Below are positions 1-11,048 of a DNA stretch of 36,167 nucleotides, piece after piece. The position numbers and the translations under genes are program-made. Source of the DNA: Octopus bimaculoides (taxonomy: Eukaryota); contig NC_068984.1 in the NCBI RefSeq assembly GCF_001194135.2, forward strand, positions 7,549,783-7,585,949, in the 5' to 3' direction. Each line of letters starts with the position of its first letter. The stretch's first letter is position 1. The notes beneath the pieces are model-generated. The model was not told the origin of the DNA, ran no database searches, and saw only the letters and a program-made list of their open reading frames with translations.

Positions 1-19
1 TAATTCAGAAAAAATATTA

Positions 20-20
<1 letters not shown>

Positions 21-95
<75 letters not shown>
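21..95. repeat. (TAA)n microsatellite
   Basis: Perfect TAA run, read directly. Confidence 0.98.
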
Positions 96-98
<3 letters not shown>

Positions 99-555
99 TT
101 TTTCTTCAAACTTTTCTTTTTGACGTTGTCTTACTCTCGTTAGGTATTAAATGAAGTTGTCATGCAACGTGAACAGTGTCAATTATCTATAAATACAGAC
201 GGCAACTAACCAAAAATATTTGATTATAGATATTTGTTACAGAATCTATATAGAAGCAGAAATATATTATATAAATTTTGCTGGCCTCTTTTAAACAGTA
301 CCTGCCAAATGTTTACCAATATCCTCGGTGCTATGTGATTTTGTAGTTTGTTGCGGGGTACGTTTTAAATATCTAATTCCCTTCCACCGCAAAGACTTAT
401 TGTTATGATAAGTAGAATACTAACAACAAAGTTCTCTGCCAATGCTAAAAATATGTACGATCCAAACGCGTCATCACATGATACGCATGAAAGGGTCGCC
501 GCTAATGGCCGTGCGTCGGAGCGCATCGACATTTGTGCTCGTTAAGATGCGTCCA

Positions 556-970
556 TCTTTTATGTTTAATTTGTTAGTCATTAGACTACTGTGGCCATGG
601 TGCAGCAGCGCCTTGGCGAACTTTTAGTGGAGTGGATTGATCCTAGTGCTCATAATCCTAAAACCTGGTTAACCGCTAGGTTACGGGGACGTAAACACAC
701 GAACACCGATTCTCAAGCTATGGAGGAGGAGAAATACGCACACGCACACATTCACACACAGACAAACACACACACGCACATATATACACACATATATAAA
801 TATATTTACGACGGGCTTCTTTCAGTTTCCGTCTACCGAATCCACTCAGTAGGCTTCGGTCTGCCCGAAGCTATACTAGAAGATATTTCCTCAAGGTTTC
901 ACTTGAAAGGACTGAACCCGGAACTAAGTGGTTGTGAATCAAGCCTCGTACCACGCACCCACCCCTGCGC
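556..970 (-). mobile_element. SINE family A copy (tRNA-like head, internal CA/TA microsatellite, tail), degenerate
   Basis: Shares tacgacgggcttctttcagtttccgtctacc, gactgaacccggaac and ttacggggacgtaaacac blocks with the copies at 22116-22690 and 34364-34817. Confidence 0.9.
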
Positions 971-1218
971 CATCTCTTTTTAGCTTGCAGCTGACGCATT
1001 GAGATGATCTACTCAGTACTTTTCCAGGGTTAATTGTCAGCTTTTGCTTCATCCGTCTTCAATCCATCTCTGCTATCTCAAAGAGGCTGCTCTCACTCAT
1101 CATTGTACGTCACGTTCGAAATTAACCAAAGTCCAATCCTCATCCTAGAATCGTATCAAATAAAGGCTCTGCACACGACCACTATCGTCCATAGCTCTCC
1201 CAACATCGATTTCCCGTT

Positions 1219-1748
1219 GAGTCGTGGTTCTGTGGTAAGAAGTTTCCTTCCCAACGTCATCGTTCCAGGTTTAATCCCACGCCCAGGCATGTATATTCAT
1301 CTATAGCCTCGGCCCTAGCAATGCTCTGCGAGTACGTTTGATAGACAGTATCGACCAGAATATCGGATATTCTTATACAAGGCTGGTCTCAGTGCACTCC
1401 CTATTGTTGCAGCTTTCGACAAATACTACCCACTCTGGTTAGGCAAGTAGGCGATGTGTGTGTGTGTGTGTGCGTGTCTGTGTGTGTGTGCGCGCACGTG
1501 TGAGTGCGTGTGTATGTCTGTGTGTATTTCTGTGTCTGTGTTTGTTCCACACCAGCGTTTGACAACCTGTGTTGGTATACTTATGTCATCATAACTTAGC
1601 GGTTCGGTAAATGATACCGATAGCATAATTGCCAAGCTTAACAAAAATGGTAAGCACTACTGGTCGATTCATCCACCTAAAATGTACTTCTAGGGTCGGC
1701 TCCAATGTGGCTGCAGTCTAAAGATTGTTACATGAAAAACAAAAGAGA
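1219..1748 (+). mobile_element. SINE family A copy, old and interrupted, with (TG)n at about 1455-1545
   Basis: Head gtggttctgtggtaagaag...ctatagcctcgg (1219-1345). Tail ttgacaacc...cataacttagcggttcgg...gataccgatag...ggctgcagtc (1540-1748) is the reverse complement of the minus-strand copies. Confidence 0.75.
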
Positions 1749-1847
1749 TATTCAAGATGGCAGTGCTTTAAACACGACTTTATTTTTTTCTTCAAACATT
1801 TGGGAGTATTCTTTGTTTGTTTTTAATACTTCTTGGCAAAATTTGTA

Positions 1848-2005
1848 CGGTGGCGGAGTCGATAAAATGCCGGACAAAATGCTTTACGATATTAAGTTTT
1901 CGCTCTGTATGTTCTGAGTTCAAATATCTATGAAATCAACTTTGCCTTCTATATTTCCAGTGTCATTCAAACAGAATGACACTGAAATGCAGGGTGAGAT
2001 GGAAT
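1848..2005 (+). mobile_element. SINE family B, degenerate
   Basis: gccggacaaaatgctt...gttctgagttcaaat...caactttgccttc matches 20416-20590 and 32042-32259. Confidence 0.65.
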
Positions 2006-2057
2006 TCAATAAAGCCTTCCTAAACATCTTGGATAAAGCTGCTTCCCGAATCATATA

Positions 2058-2250
2058 AACTCATAGCGTCGGTTTCCCGGTTTCTGAAGCCTATATATTT
2101 TACCAGTAGACGGCATGCCGGTCCACTGCACGATTCGTCGTTTTTGGAAGTTGAGTGGACTGGAACGACGTAAAATGAAGTGTCTTGCTCAAGAGAAGAA
2201 TGCATTGCCCGGTCGAAGAATCGAAGTTACAGACTATCGATCATGAGTCC
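2058..2250 (-). mobile_element. Chimeric SINE: head/core type H2 + tail Y
   Basis: Reverse complement has cttgagcaagacacttc...ccagtccactca (core shared with 35485-35802) and tgcagtggaccggcatgccgtc...aaaccgggaaaccg..ctatgag (tail shared with 10389-10470). Confidence 0.75.
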
Positions 2251-4710
2251 AGTTTTAGATTCCCCAGGATTTTAGAAAAATGTCGCCGTCAACCACTGAA
2301 CAAAGTTTTAAAAGAAAATAGCACTTATATAATTTTCTATCACTAGAATTTTTATCCTGATACCTAATTTAGAAATGTTTTTATTAACCAGGAATAAGAT
2401 ATGGTGGATGGCGAATCGCTAAATAGTGGAGAAACCATAATGGATGCGCTTAATTTCCTCGACCTACATTCTCTGTTCAAATCAGCCATTATCGACATAT
2501 TATTTTAACTACTCCGGGTTCAAAATACAACCACCAATCAAAAACCGGAGTCCGTATAATTAGACCTTTTGCTTAATTAAGAAATTATTAATTAATCGAT
2601 AAAGAAATCGATGCGATTGATATTCATTTTCAAATTTCTATGTCGACATTTGTAAGCAAGACGTGGACAGGAGAAACCATCCAGGAGATCTGCATCTCTT
2701 GCAAGGAATTACTGGGGATAGCGTTTATATCGCGCTTGTACGATGCCGCGAATAACGGAAGTGGGCCTGAATGGTGCAGATTAGCAGTTCAACGGAGCGA
2801 AAACCGTCTTTGTAGAAAGAAACTGTGGTTACGAAGAGGTTTTAGTAGGGTTTTTTATAGTGTTTGGGTCATAAGATTGGCTATATCCAGTTGAAAAGTA
2901 AGCTTTATTCATACATGTATTGCAAATTATATTTCCCATGACAGTCCAGCGAACCGAATGAAAAGAAGAACAACAACCAAGAAACAAATCTACATTAGAC
3001 AAAAGCGGTAGAACGCTAATGCTGAGAACTGGATCGATACTTAGCATAGCTGCATTTAACTCCTTCAGTGGCGCTGCCGCTCATAATGTAGGATTTAACT
3101 GATTCCGTCAATTTGATCAATTGAGGTCCAGGTATGATCTGATCAAACAAACGTAAGTAGAAAAAGCCAACCTGCCCTTGCCATTTTTGCCTTATAATCC
3201 GACATCTTATCTCAAGGATTTTATTATTCCATGAGTTCTTAATTTCTTTTTATATCAGTAGAGTGTGATTTAAGAGTAATTTTCCTGCTATTTCTAGCAG
3301 GTAAAGCGACAACGTAAATGCTCTCTTGTTGCTCAGGGCGTTATTAAATATTCACCAACTATGGATGTCAGATTTTGATTTTGATATAAATATGTCAATG
3401 TGACTGAACCATTCATTTCAATTCAAACAAGGTAGGAATCCATGAGTAGAATTATAATGAATAGACGAATTGGTGTATCAACTCGTTTCATGCATACAAA
3501 TATATATTGTTCAACATCTCTCACTACATCTATTATTTGTCACTCGCACTGCGAACAAGTGCAGGTTTAATTTCCAGCCTCTTCACTTTGAAACTGGATC
3601 TGACACAGAACCGGTTGCGATCCAGGAATTCTTTGGAGAAAGTAGCAAAGTTCACTCCCAGATTATTGATTACAAATAAAATATCTTAACAATAATAGAA
3701 AGTGAGAATGTCATTTCTTCAGGCATTTAATGCTATATGTGCAGCTACTGGTTGCGCTAATGATTACAGGTGAATTAATAGTAAGTGGACACACACGGAC
3801 AGCAAAGAGCGACTACATGAATGCTTTTCGTTTAGTAACGATAGATGACTGCCTTTGTAATTTAGTTTAAGCCTTGATTCATAAAGATTGGCATAAGCGC
3901 GGATTCGGTGAACTGCTTCCATTAGATTTATTATTAAACTATCCCTTTCCACTCAAGAAATATTTATTTTAATGTTCCACTGATTGTTTTCCTATGAAAA
4001 GCTGATAGAATGTCTTTCTAAGGTGAATGCTATTCTATACATGTGTTATATATGAATGTTATATATCTGTGTATAGGAAATACGCAATTAGGAAGCTACT
4101 AACAAAAGGCTTTCTGCAACATTTTCTCCCGAAAGGCATGAACAGGAATCCTAAGATTACTTGAGAAAAGAAAATTAGAGGTTATGACGTCAGTGAAGTG
4201 AAACAACGACAAAAGAAACTGAAAACTCTGTAAGAAAATAAAAACCGAAAGGAGGTTATTTCTCTCGTTATACAACACACAATATGGACTCCATAAATAT
4301 TGTATTTACTGAGATAATGGCCGACATTTAAATCTGAGAACAATCAAACTATCTTGTCTACTTCAGCCCAAATATAACTTTTATGTCATTTCTAAGGAAA
4401 ATGCAGATTTAAAATAACGATTTTATCAGTTCAATGTAGCAGCTAATCTTGGGGTTAGACAAACTACAAGCGATTTTCTTTAGGAATGAATTTAAAATTC
4501 AGATTCATTTGTATAGCAAATGACTAAGCCATTTCAATTTCAAACGTAAGATGTCGCTTAGAGATGTGAAGCGTCTTATATGCTGGATTACAGGATTGAA
4601 CTAAATATTTAAGTGAAATTTTGAGAACGAAAATCTCATTTTTCTCCTAAGTATGCATTTTTTCGAGGCGTCCTGGGTTCATAAATGTTTTACAACCCCA
4701 ACTTCATGTA

Positions 4711-4730
4711 TAATAATAATAATAATAATG

Positions 4731-4797
<67 letters not shown>
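4711..4797. repeat. (TAA)n microsatellite
   Basis: Near-perfect TAA run with one TGA. Confidence 0.98.
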
Positions 4798-4798
<1 letters not shown>

Positions 4799-5032
4799 CA
4801 CGCATCCAAAACCATATCCTACGTAAAATACTATGTAATCTCAAATTTTAAATCAAACTTATAATTTTCTTATGGTTTCTTACACATTCTCTAGAACAAC
4901 ACTATGTACAACACCAAATATATAGCACCCTAAGCATAACACCAGCATGAACTTCTAACTTGTTGTCTCTTGAGGTCTGTGGGTGAAACTTGGAGCCAAC
5001 TTGTACAAATACAAAGCAAAAGTGAAACATAA
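4798..5032 (+). mobile_element. 3'-terminal fragment of R4/Dong-clade non-LTR retrotransposon (ORF C-terminus + 3' UTR)
   Basis: 4813 onward reads HILRKIL, like the (T)AHILRK(I/V)LS C-terminus of R4/Dong-type ORFs. The UTR is roughly 80% identical by eye to rc(16258-16500) and ends directly in (TAA)n. Confidence 0.75.
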
Positions 5033-5085
<53 letters not shown>

Positions 5086-5090
5086 TGATG

Positions 5091-5176
<86 letters not shown>
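5033..5176. repeat. (TAA)n microsatellite, LINE tail/target
   Basis: Direct; source of the poly-I and poly-Y ORFs in the track. Confidence 0.98.
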
Positions 5177-5177
<1 letters not shown>

Positions 5178-7230
5178 GTCAAGAAAAAGAAACATAACGG
5201 GAGTGACAAAAGAAAAGATCCATGGTGGAAAAGAAGAATACAGGTAGGGTTAGACATACTCTCGATGGAAATCTCTGTGTTAGACCGAAAAGAGAAAGGA
5301 GAGCTTAAAGCGAACAAAAATACAGGGCGCTGAAAACGAAGTATAATATTGAAAGAAAGGACTTGAAAGTGGTGATGGAGCAACTGAAACAGCGTCTCGT
5401 TGCAAAGAAAGCAAAGATGATAAGATGCGACCAAAGAATGAAGGGTCACCACCAGAATAAGCTATTCAGAGTAGATCAGAAGAGATTCTACAAAGAAATA
5501 ATTGGAGAGTGTACAGATGAAAAGTTGATACCAGATAACAATGAAAGTCAAAGGTTTTGGAGTGACATCTGGAGCAAAGACAAGGAGCACAAGAAGGATG
5601 CTGAATGGTTGCAAGAACTGAAACAAACAGTAGTCTGTCCAAAACAGGCAGAACTAGTCATCTCAGTTAGGGAAGTGAAGGAAATTAGCAAAAAAAAAAA
5701 AAAAAAAAAAATAGAAATAGAATGAGCAACTGGAAGGTCCCGGGAGTAGATGGAGTTCAAGGCTACTCAATCAAAAGATTTGGTGAACGTCATGCACGAA
5801 TAGCTGCGCACCTCAACGCCTTGTTAAATGCCGACCAAGTAAAACATCGAAAAAGGCAATACGGTAGACGATTACAGGCCGATATCCTGTTTGCCACTTA
5901 TATGGAAGTTATTGGGTGGAATACTCGCAGATTCAATTTACGAACATCTGGAAAAAAATGGAGTCCTGCCACATGAGGAGAAGGGTTGCAAGCGTAAGTG
6001 CAGAGGTACCAAGGATCAACTCCTGACAGACAAAACTGTATTAGAGATAGCAAGAGGAGGAAAAGTAACTTAGCCATGTCATAGATCAGCTATCGAAAGA
6101 CGTACGATACGATCACACATTCTTGGATTATGGAGTGTATGAACCTATTTGGTATTGCATCGAATGTTGAGCGATTGCTTCGAAAAAGTATGGCGAATTG
6201 GAGGACGGACCTGAAAGCATACGGAAGAAATTTAGGGACAGTAGAAATTAGGAGGTGCATCTTCCAATGGGACTGCCTGTCCCTACTCATCTTTGTACTG
6301 TGCTTGATACCACGAACACTGATTCTGAGGAAAGCAAAAGCTAGGTATATATTCAAAACCCGCCAACAAAAAGTCAACAATCTTTAATCATGGATGATGT
6401 CAAACTTTATGGTAAAGATGAATCCCAAGTCAGTTCCCTCGTTGATACGGTGTATACTTTCAATGATGATATCAGAATGGAGTTCGGACTGAAAAGATGG
6501 GGTGTGTTATTATTGAAGAGAGACAAAATCAAATGTATGGACGGGCTAGCGATACTATCGGGGAAGGTTATGAAGCAGATAGAAGAGACGGGCTATAAGT
6601 GCTTAGGGATTTTGAAAATGGATAAATTGATGGAGAAAGAAATGACAGAAAAATTGTAGGTGGAGTACTTGTGCAGACTGAGACTGATCCTTAAGTCGAA
6701 ATTAAACGGACGGAATATGATCGAATCTATCAACACCTGGGCGGTTTCACTCCTTAGATATGGAATAGGGTTAATCGCATGGACAGTAGACGAACAAAAC
6801 AGCTCAGACAGAAAGACAGAGACGTTGCTAACTAGATATGGGTCACTCCACTCAAAAAGTGACACAGACACTGTATGTACCAAGAAAAAGAGGGGAACGA
6901 GGACTTATTGGATGTGAACACAGCATTAGAGAAGAAGGAAACAACATAGCATGGTATGTAAAAAATGCCACAGAACCGCTATTATTAGAAGTAAGAAGGT
7001 CAGGCTTGTGTAGGATGAAAGATTGCAGAGATAAAGCACTATACAGGAAATTGAAAACGAATGAAAGTGAAAATAGGTGGGTAAAGAAAAGAATGCATGG
7101 TCAATTTCATAGGGATATTGAAGATAACAGAGAGAAGAGATGGCTGTGGATGACTAAAAGTGATTTAAAACCGGAAACGGGGGGTCTAACCTGTGCAACC
7201 CAAAAGCAAGCACTAAGAACAAAATACATG
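5177..7230 (+). mobile_element. Decayed R4/Dong-clade (RLE-type) non-LTR retrotransposon, reverse-transcriptase region; frameshifted, truncated at both ends
   Basis: Motifs across frames: [42 protein letters not shown] (5873-5896), [22 protein letters not shown] (for IFQGDSLS), MDDVKL (6390), YKCLG, INTWAVSLLRY, LYVPRKRGERGL, KRMHGQF, QALRT. Multiple stops and frameshifts. Confidence 0.92.
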
Positions 7231-7451
7231 ATATTGCTTTCAAATTTTGGCACAACGACAGCACGTTCGGGAGAGGTGTAAATCGTTTACATCGACCTCA
7301 CTGCTTAACTGGTACTTCTTATTTTATCAATCCCGAAAGGAAGAAAGACAAAGTCAACCTCGGTGGAATCTGATCTTAGAACGTAAAGATGGACGAAATG
7401 CCGCTAAGCATTTTTTCCGACGGGCTAGCAATTCCATCAGCTCGCTTTCTT
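7231..7451 (-). mobile_element. SINE family B
   Basis: ctggtactt..tttatc..cccgaaagga.gaaag.caaagtcaacctcggtggaat...gaacgta...gacgaaatgccgctaagcattt matches the other B copies. Confidence 0.9.
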
Positions 7452-7755
7452 GAATGATCATATTAATATTAGTCTTCAATAGGCACTTTTCTGGGTCACT
7501 TCAGTTAATTGGGAATTAGATCGTAATGGACCGCATTATTCTCTAGAGTTCACTCTGTCACTTTCGTCCGCCGCTCAATCCACTCTGACAAGTTTGTCTT
7601 GAGTAACAATGAATTCGAGTGAAATAAAGTGACCCCGGTATATTAACCATGCTTTTCTGATATTATTCTGATATTTTTCAATGCCAAATTTTCCTGGAAA
7701 CACAATGTTTCTAAGGAATAGCTTACCAAAATTAATAAGAAACTAAACTAGATTC

Positions 7756-8109
7756 GGAGTAAAGATTATTTGCCAACATAACATGGCAGTCCTGGTTTAG
7801 GACGAATGTTGCTGTAATTTAGCCCCAGGAGATATCGTCTCCAGCTGGCGAAACGACACGATCTTTGTCCTTATATTTTCGAACAAGGGAATCTAGCGCC
7901 CCCACTCAGCTCAAAGCAATATCTGTGTATCGCGATACACAGGTATTGTTTTGAACTGAGCAGGGGTGCTAGATTCCCTTGTTCAAAAATACAAGGACAC
8001 AGTTCGTGTCGTATAGCCAGCTGGAGACGATGTCTCCTGGGGCTAAATTACAGCAACATTCATCCTAAACCAGGACTGCTACATTATGTTGGCAAATAAT
8101 CTTTACTCC
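7756..8109. mobile_element. 354-bp loopless palindrome (foldback/MITE-like element)
   Basis: 177-bp arms, gapless, 17 mismatches by hand count (about 90% identity), centre atcg|cgat at 7932/7933. Flanked by the 13-bp direct repeat ctaaactagattc (7743-7755, 8162-8174). Confidence 0.9.
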
Positions 8110-8854
8110 AAAGTACTGTTGCTGAATATCTCTTGTTTTGAGATTTACAAATAGTAATTTTCTAAACTAGATTCCTTCAAATATTTAAACCGCAAACATT
8201 CATTAATAAAAAAAGTACATAACTTCCGAACAAATAAATGGATTTTCGTGCAACCTTCATCATTCTTTGTTACATTGAACAATAAACAATACTGGATAGA
8301 GTGAATATTGACATAAATTCCATAGTTATAGCGTTATTGTAAAAAAAATTACAAAGCCTCCATTTTTCGGAGTTTAGGGGGCTTGGGGGAGTAAATGCCT
8401 GTGATTGGTCTCAGCGAAAATTTAGGATTTTTCTAGTAAACAAATATAGTAACCTTTTAGCCCTCAGGAATTTTCCATTTCCACAATTAATTATTTTCAC
8501 TCCACCCTGATACTCAGCCGGTATGTAAGGAGTGCGGGTACAAGTCCTGTGACAGTCTGCTGATAAATTTCGCGTCTTATTAGGCTAAAATACGCAATCT
8601 TTCTGCCTGTTTTCACTGCTATGCTGCGTTCGAAATATTACCTGTCTGTATGATAAAACAAAATCTTTGTTCTTTGGTTCTGTTATAAATATTTACGCTG
8701 TATGATTAATAGTAGTATATTTGAATCGGATTTCATCAAAAGCCAGGTTATTAATTATTCTACTACTAAAGCTAGAGTGTTAGATAATATTTCTTTGGCT
8801 TGATATAGAGTTGTTATTAGAATAACATAGGAATTACTGCAGTAAAATACTTAC

Positions 8855-8974
8855 ACATGCATTTATATTTGTTCCAATGAAAGCCAGGACCGCAGACACA
8901 TTTATATCCAGACGGATGATCATCACATCTCGGCTCAGTATAGTAAAGCTGATGGCACTTATCGTCGGGGTTCT
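8855..8974 (-). CDS. Internal coding exon (120 bp, phase 1-1) encoding an EGF-like module of an unidentified extracellular or membrane protein
   Basis: Acceptor ttttttattttgtacag| and donor |gtaagt. Translation xNPDDKCHQLYYTEPRCDDHPSGYKCVCGPGFHWNKYKCM has the EGF pattern C..C..GYxCxCxxGF..C; the first Cys is presumably on the preceding exon. Confidence 0.85.
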
Positions 8975-9047
8975 CTGTACAAAATAAAAAAAATACAATT
9001 GAATCTAATTCTGTGATTAAAAATCGAGTAAAATGAAGTACAATATA

Positions 9048-9261
9048 GTGATTTCAAAATTTGGCCACAAGGGCAGCTTGGGGGGGGGGATTAAGTCGAT
9101 TACATCGATCCCCAGTATTTCACTGGTACTTAATTTATCGACCACAAGAAGATAACAGGCAAAGTCGACCTCGGAGGAATTTGAACTCAGAACGTAGCGG
9201 CGGTCGAAATACCGCTAAGCATTCCGTCCTGCTTGCTAACGATTCTGTCAGATCGCCACCT
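9048..9261 (-). mobile_element. SINE family B
   Basis: ggcaaagtcgacctcggaggaatttgaactcagaacgtag...ccgctaagcatt...gctaacgattctgtcagatcgcc. Confidence 0.92.
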
Positions 9262-10203
9262 AAAAGTACAATATAACAACGAAGTACAAACAACAACAAG
9301 TACAGTGTTATGGTAGGTTTTTGAATTTATCCCTCTCAGACCTGGCCCTCTTTGTCTAACTTTACCCTCTACCTGGGCTCTGAGCAAAATATAACCCGTT
9401 ACATATACAGCCCAAGAGTAACGATTGCTTGTAAACTAATGGACAAAACCAGCTGGTATCTTCTTTTTCTACGAGTGGTGTTCATCATCTTAACCTGTTT
9501 CTACCATAGCGGGAATACGGCGTGACGGGGTTAAGTGATATTCTATGGTTTTTTTTTTGTCTTCATTTCCAAAGGTACACACTTGTTTATATTTTCTGTT
9601 TGTAAACATTTTGATGTAGGTCTGGAAAAACGTTATTTTCCAAGTACAGACTACATGTTCAGTTCCACAATAAGACACTTTGGCCAAATATACTGCCATG
9701 GGTAACTTTGGGAAATGAATCTACTTTGACAAACCTGTACTACCTACAGGTACTCTTCTATTTTTAATTATTCGAAATTTCTCTGTAATGAACGATCCGT
9801 TTCCCGACAAAGATACAAAGCAGCAATTTTGAAATGTAAATAACAAAACACATTCTCATTTTGAACTTAGGAAAAGTTTTGCATATTTTTATTGTTCCAC
9901 CTAGAGATAGTATTTGTCAGGCGAGTATTAGCTTGTTGATTTCTTTTTCTGAAAACCCTAGCTTATCCAGAATTGCCACTTAAGCATTTATTGACATAAG
10001 TAAGTCCACCCATTATCATTGGTATAAATGTGTATTCATAACCTGGATATAGAAGTTGGAGGTTTCGAAGCCGTTGTCCGTAGTTATCTACTTTCTCTTT
10101 CATTTTCGAAGAAATATTCAAATCTGTAGAGTAGCTGATACCTTCTCAGTCCCAGACAACGATAGCTGACTCGAGACGTTTGCAATTGTATGTATATTTG
10201 TAA

Positions 10204-10492
10204 GTAGAGGTGCAATGGCCCAGTGGTTAGGGCAGTGGACTCGCGGTCGGAGGATCGCGGTTTCGATTCCCAGACCGGGCGTTGTGAGTGTTTATTGAGC
10301 GAAAACACGAGGCTCCGGCAGGGGTGACCCCTGTTGTATTCTTTCGCCCCAACTTTCTCTCACTCGTTCTTCCTATTTCTTGAGTAACGCTGCGATGGAC
10401 TGGAATCCCGTCCAGCTGGGGGGGAGGAACACATACGCCATACAAACCGAGAAACCGGGCCCATGAGCCTGGCTAGGCTTTATAAGGGCGCA
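10204..10492 (+). mobile_element. tRNA-derived SINE: head H1 + tail Y
   Basis: A-box-like tggcccagtggtta and B-box-like ggtttcgattccc. Head nearly identical to 29923-30030; the 3' part ctgcgatggactggaatcccgtccag...aaaccgagaaaccgggcccatgagcc differs. Confidence 0.92.
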
Positions 10493-10884
10493 AAGAAAAA
10501 GAAAGATGTATGTATGTATGCATGTATGCATGTATCTATGCATGCTTGCACGTCTGTGTGAGTGTTAAACTGAGGTTTGTATCTCAAAGAAAATTTAAGA
10601 GTAAACACGATATATTTATTGGTAGAATATCAGAAGATTGAGGACTGAAGTTAGAGAAAGCTGTTGTAATACAGATGTTGAGTGGGACTTCAAGCTTCTC
10701 CTGCTATCTTATCCAGCCCTTGAGGCAGCACTGAAACTCCTACTCATTATGAATTTTACAATATTTTCTCTAAATTATATATTTATATATTATATATTGT
10801 GAAATTTAATTTAATTTTGATAAATAATTAAATTGAATTTTTTCCCTGTAAATTAGGAATTTTTTTACTTATATCATATATGTA

Positions 10885-11048
10885 TATATTTATGACTGAC
10901 TTTCAATTGCCGTCTACCAAATCCACTAAGACAAGCCTGCGGTCGGCCTGGGTCAATAGTAAGTGATACTTGTCCTAGAGTAGGACTGAACCTGGAACTG
11001 GAATCATGTGGTTGAGAAGCAAACTTATCACACAACCACGCCAGCACC
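10885..11048 (-). mobile_element. SINE family A, head half only
   Basis: ccgtctaccaaatccact...ggtcggcc...ggactgaacctggaac..catgtggtt...cacacaaccac. Confidence 0.8.

Noticed and set aside
3050-3340. Possible DNA-transposon-like repeat fragment
   Set aside because: Recalled resemblance only; no second copy or TIR pair within the window.
3570-3689. Plus-strand LRR-like LKLDLTQNRL motif
   Set aside because: Single incomplete motif, followed by a stop without a donor; chance is likely.
4902-5452. Poly-Y/poly-I ORFs
   Set aside because: Translations of (TAA)n, extended by LINE antisense sequence.
9318-9360. GPCR TM2-like FLNLSLSDL
   Set aside because: Stop after a few codons and no other TM motifs in frame.
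9373-9500. Possible exon upstream of the EGF exon (several frames, e.g. MMNTTRRKRRYQLVLSISLQAIVTLGLY or YKQSLLLGCICNGLYFAQSP)
   Set aside because: Three mutually incompatible readings and none supplies the expected EGF Cys1; undecidable without RNA data.
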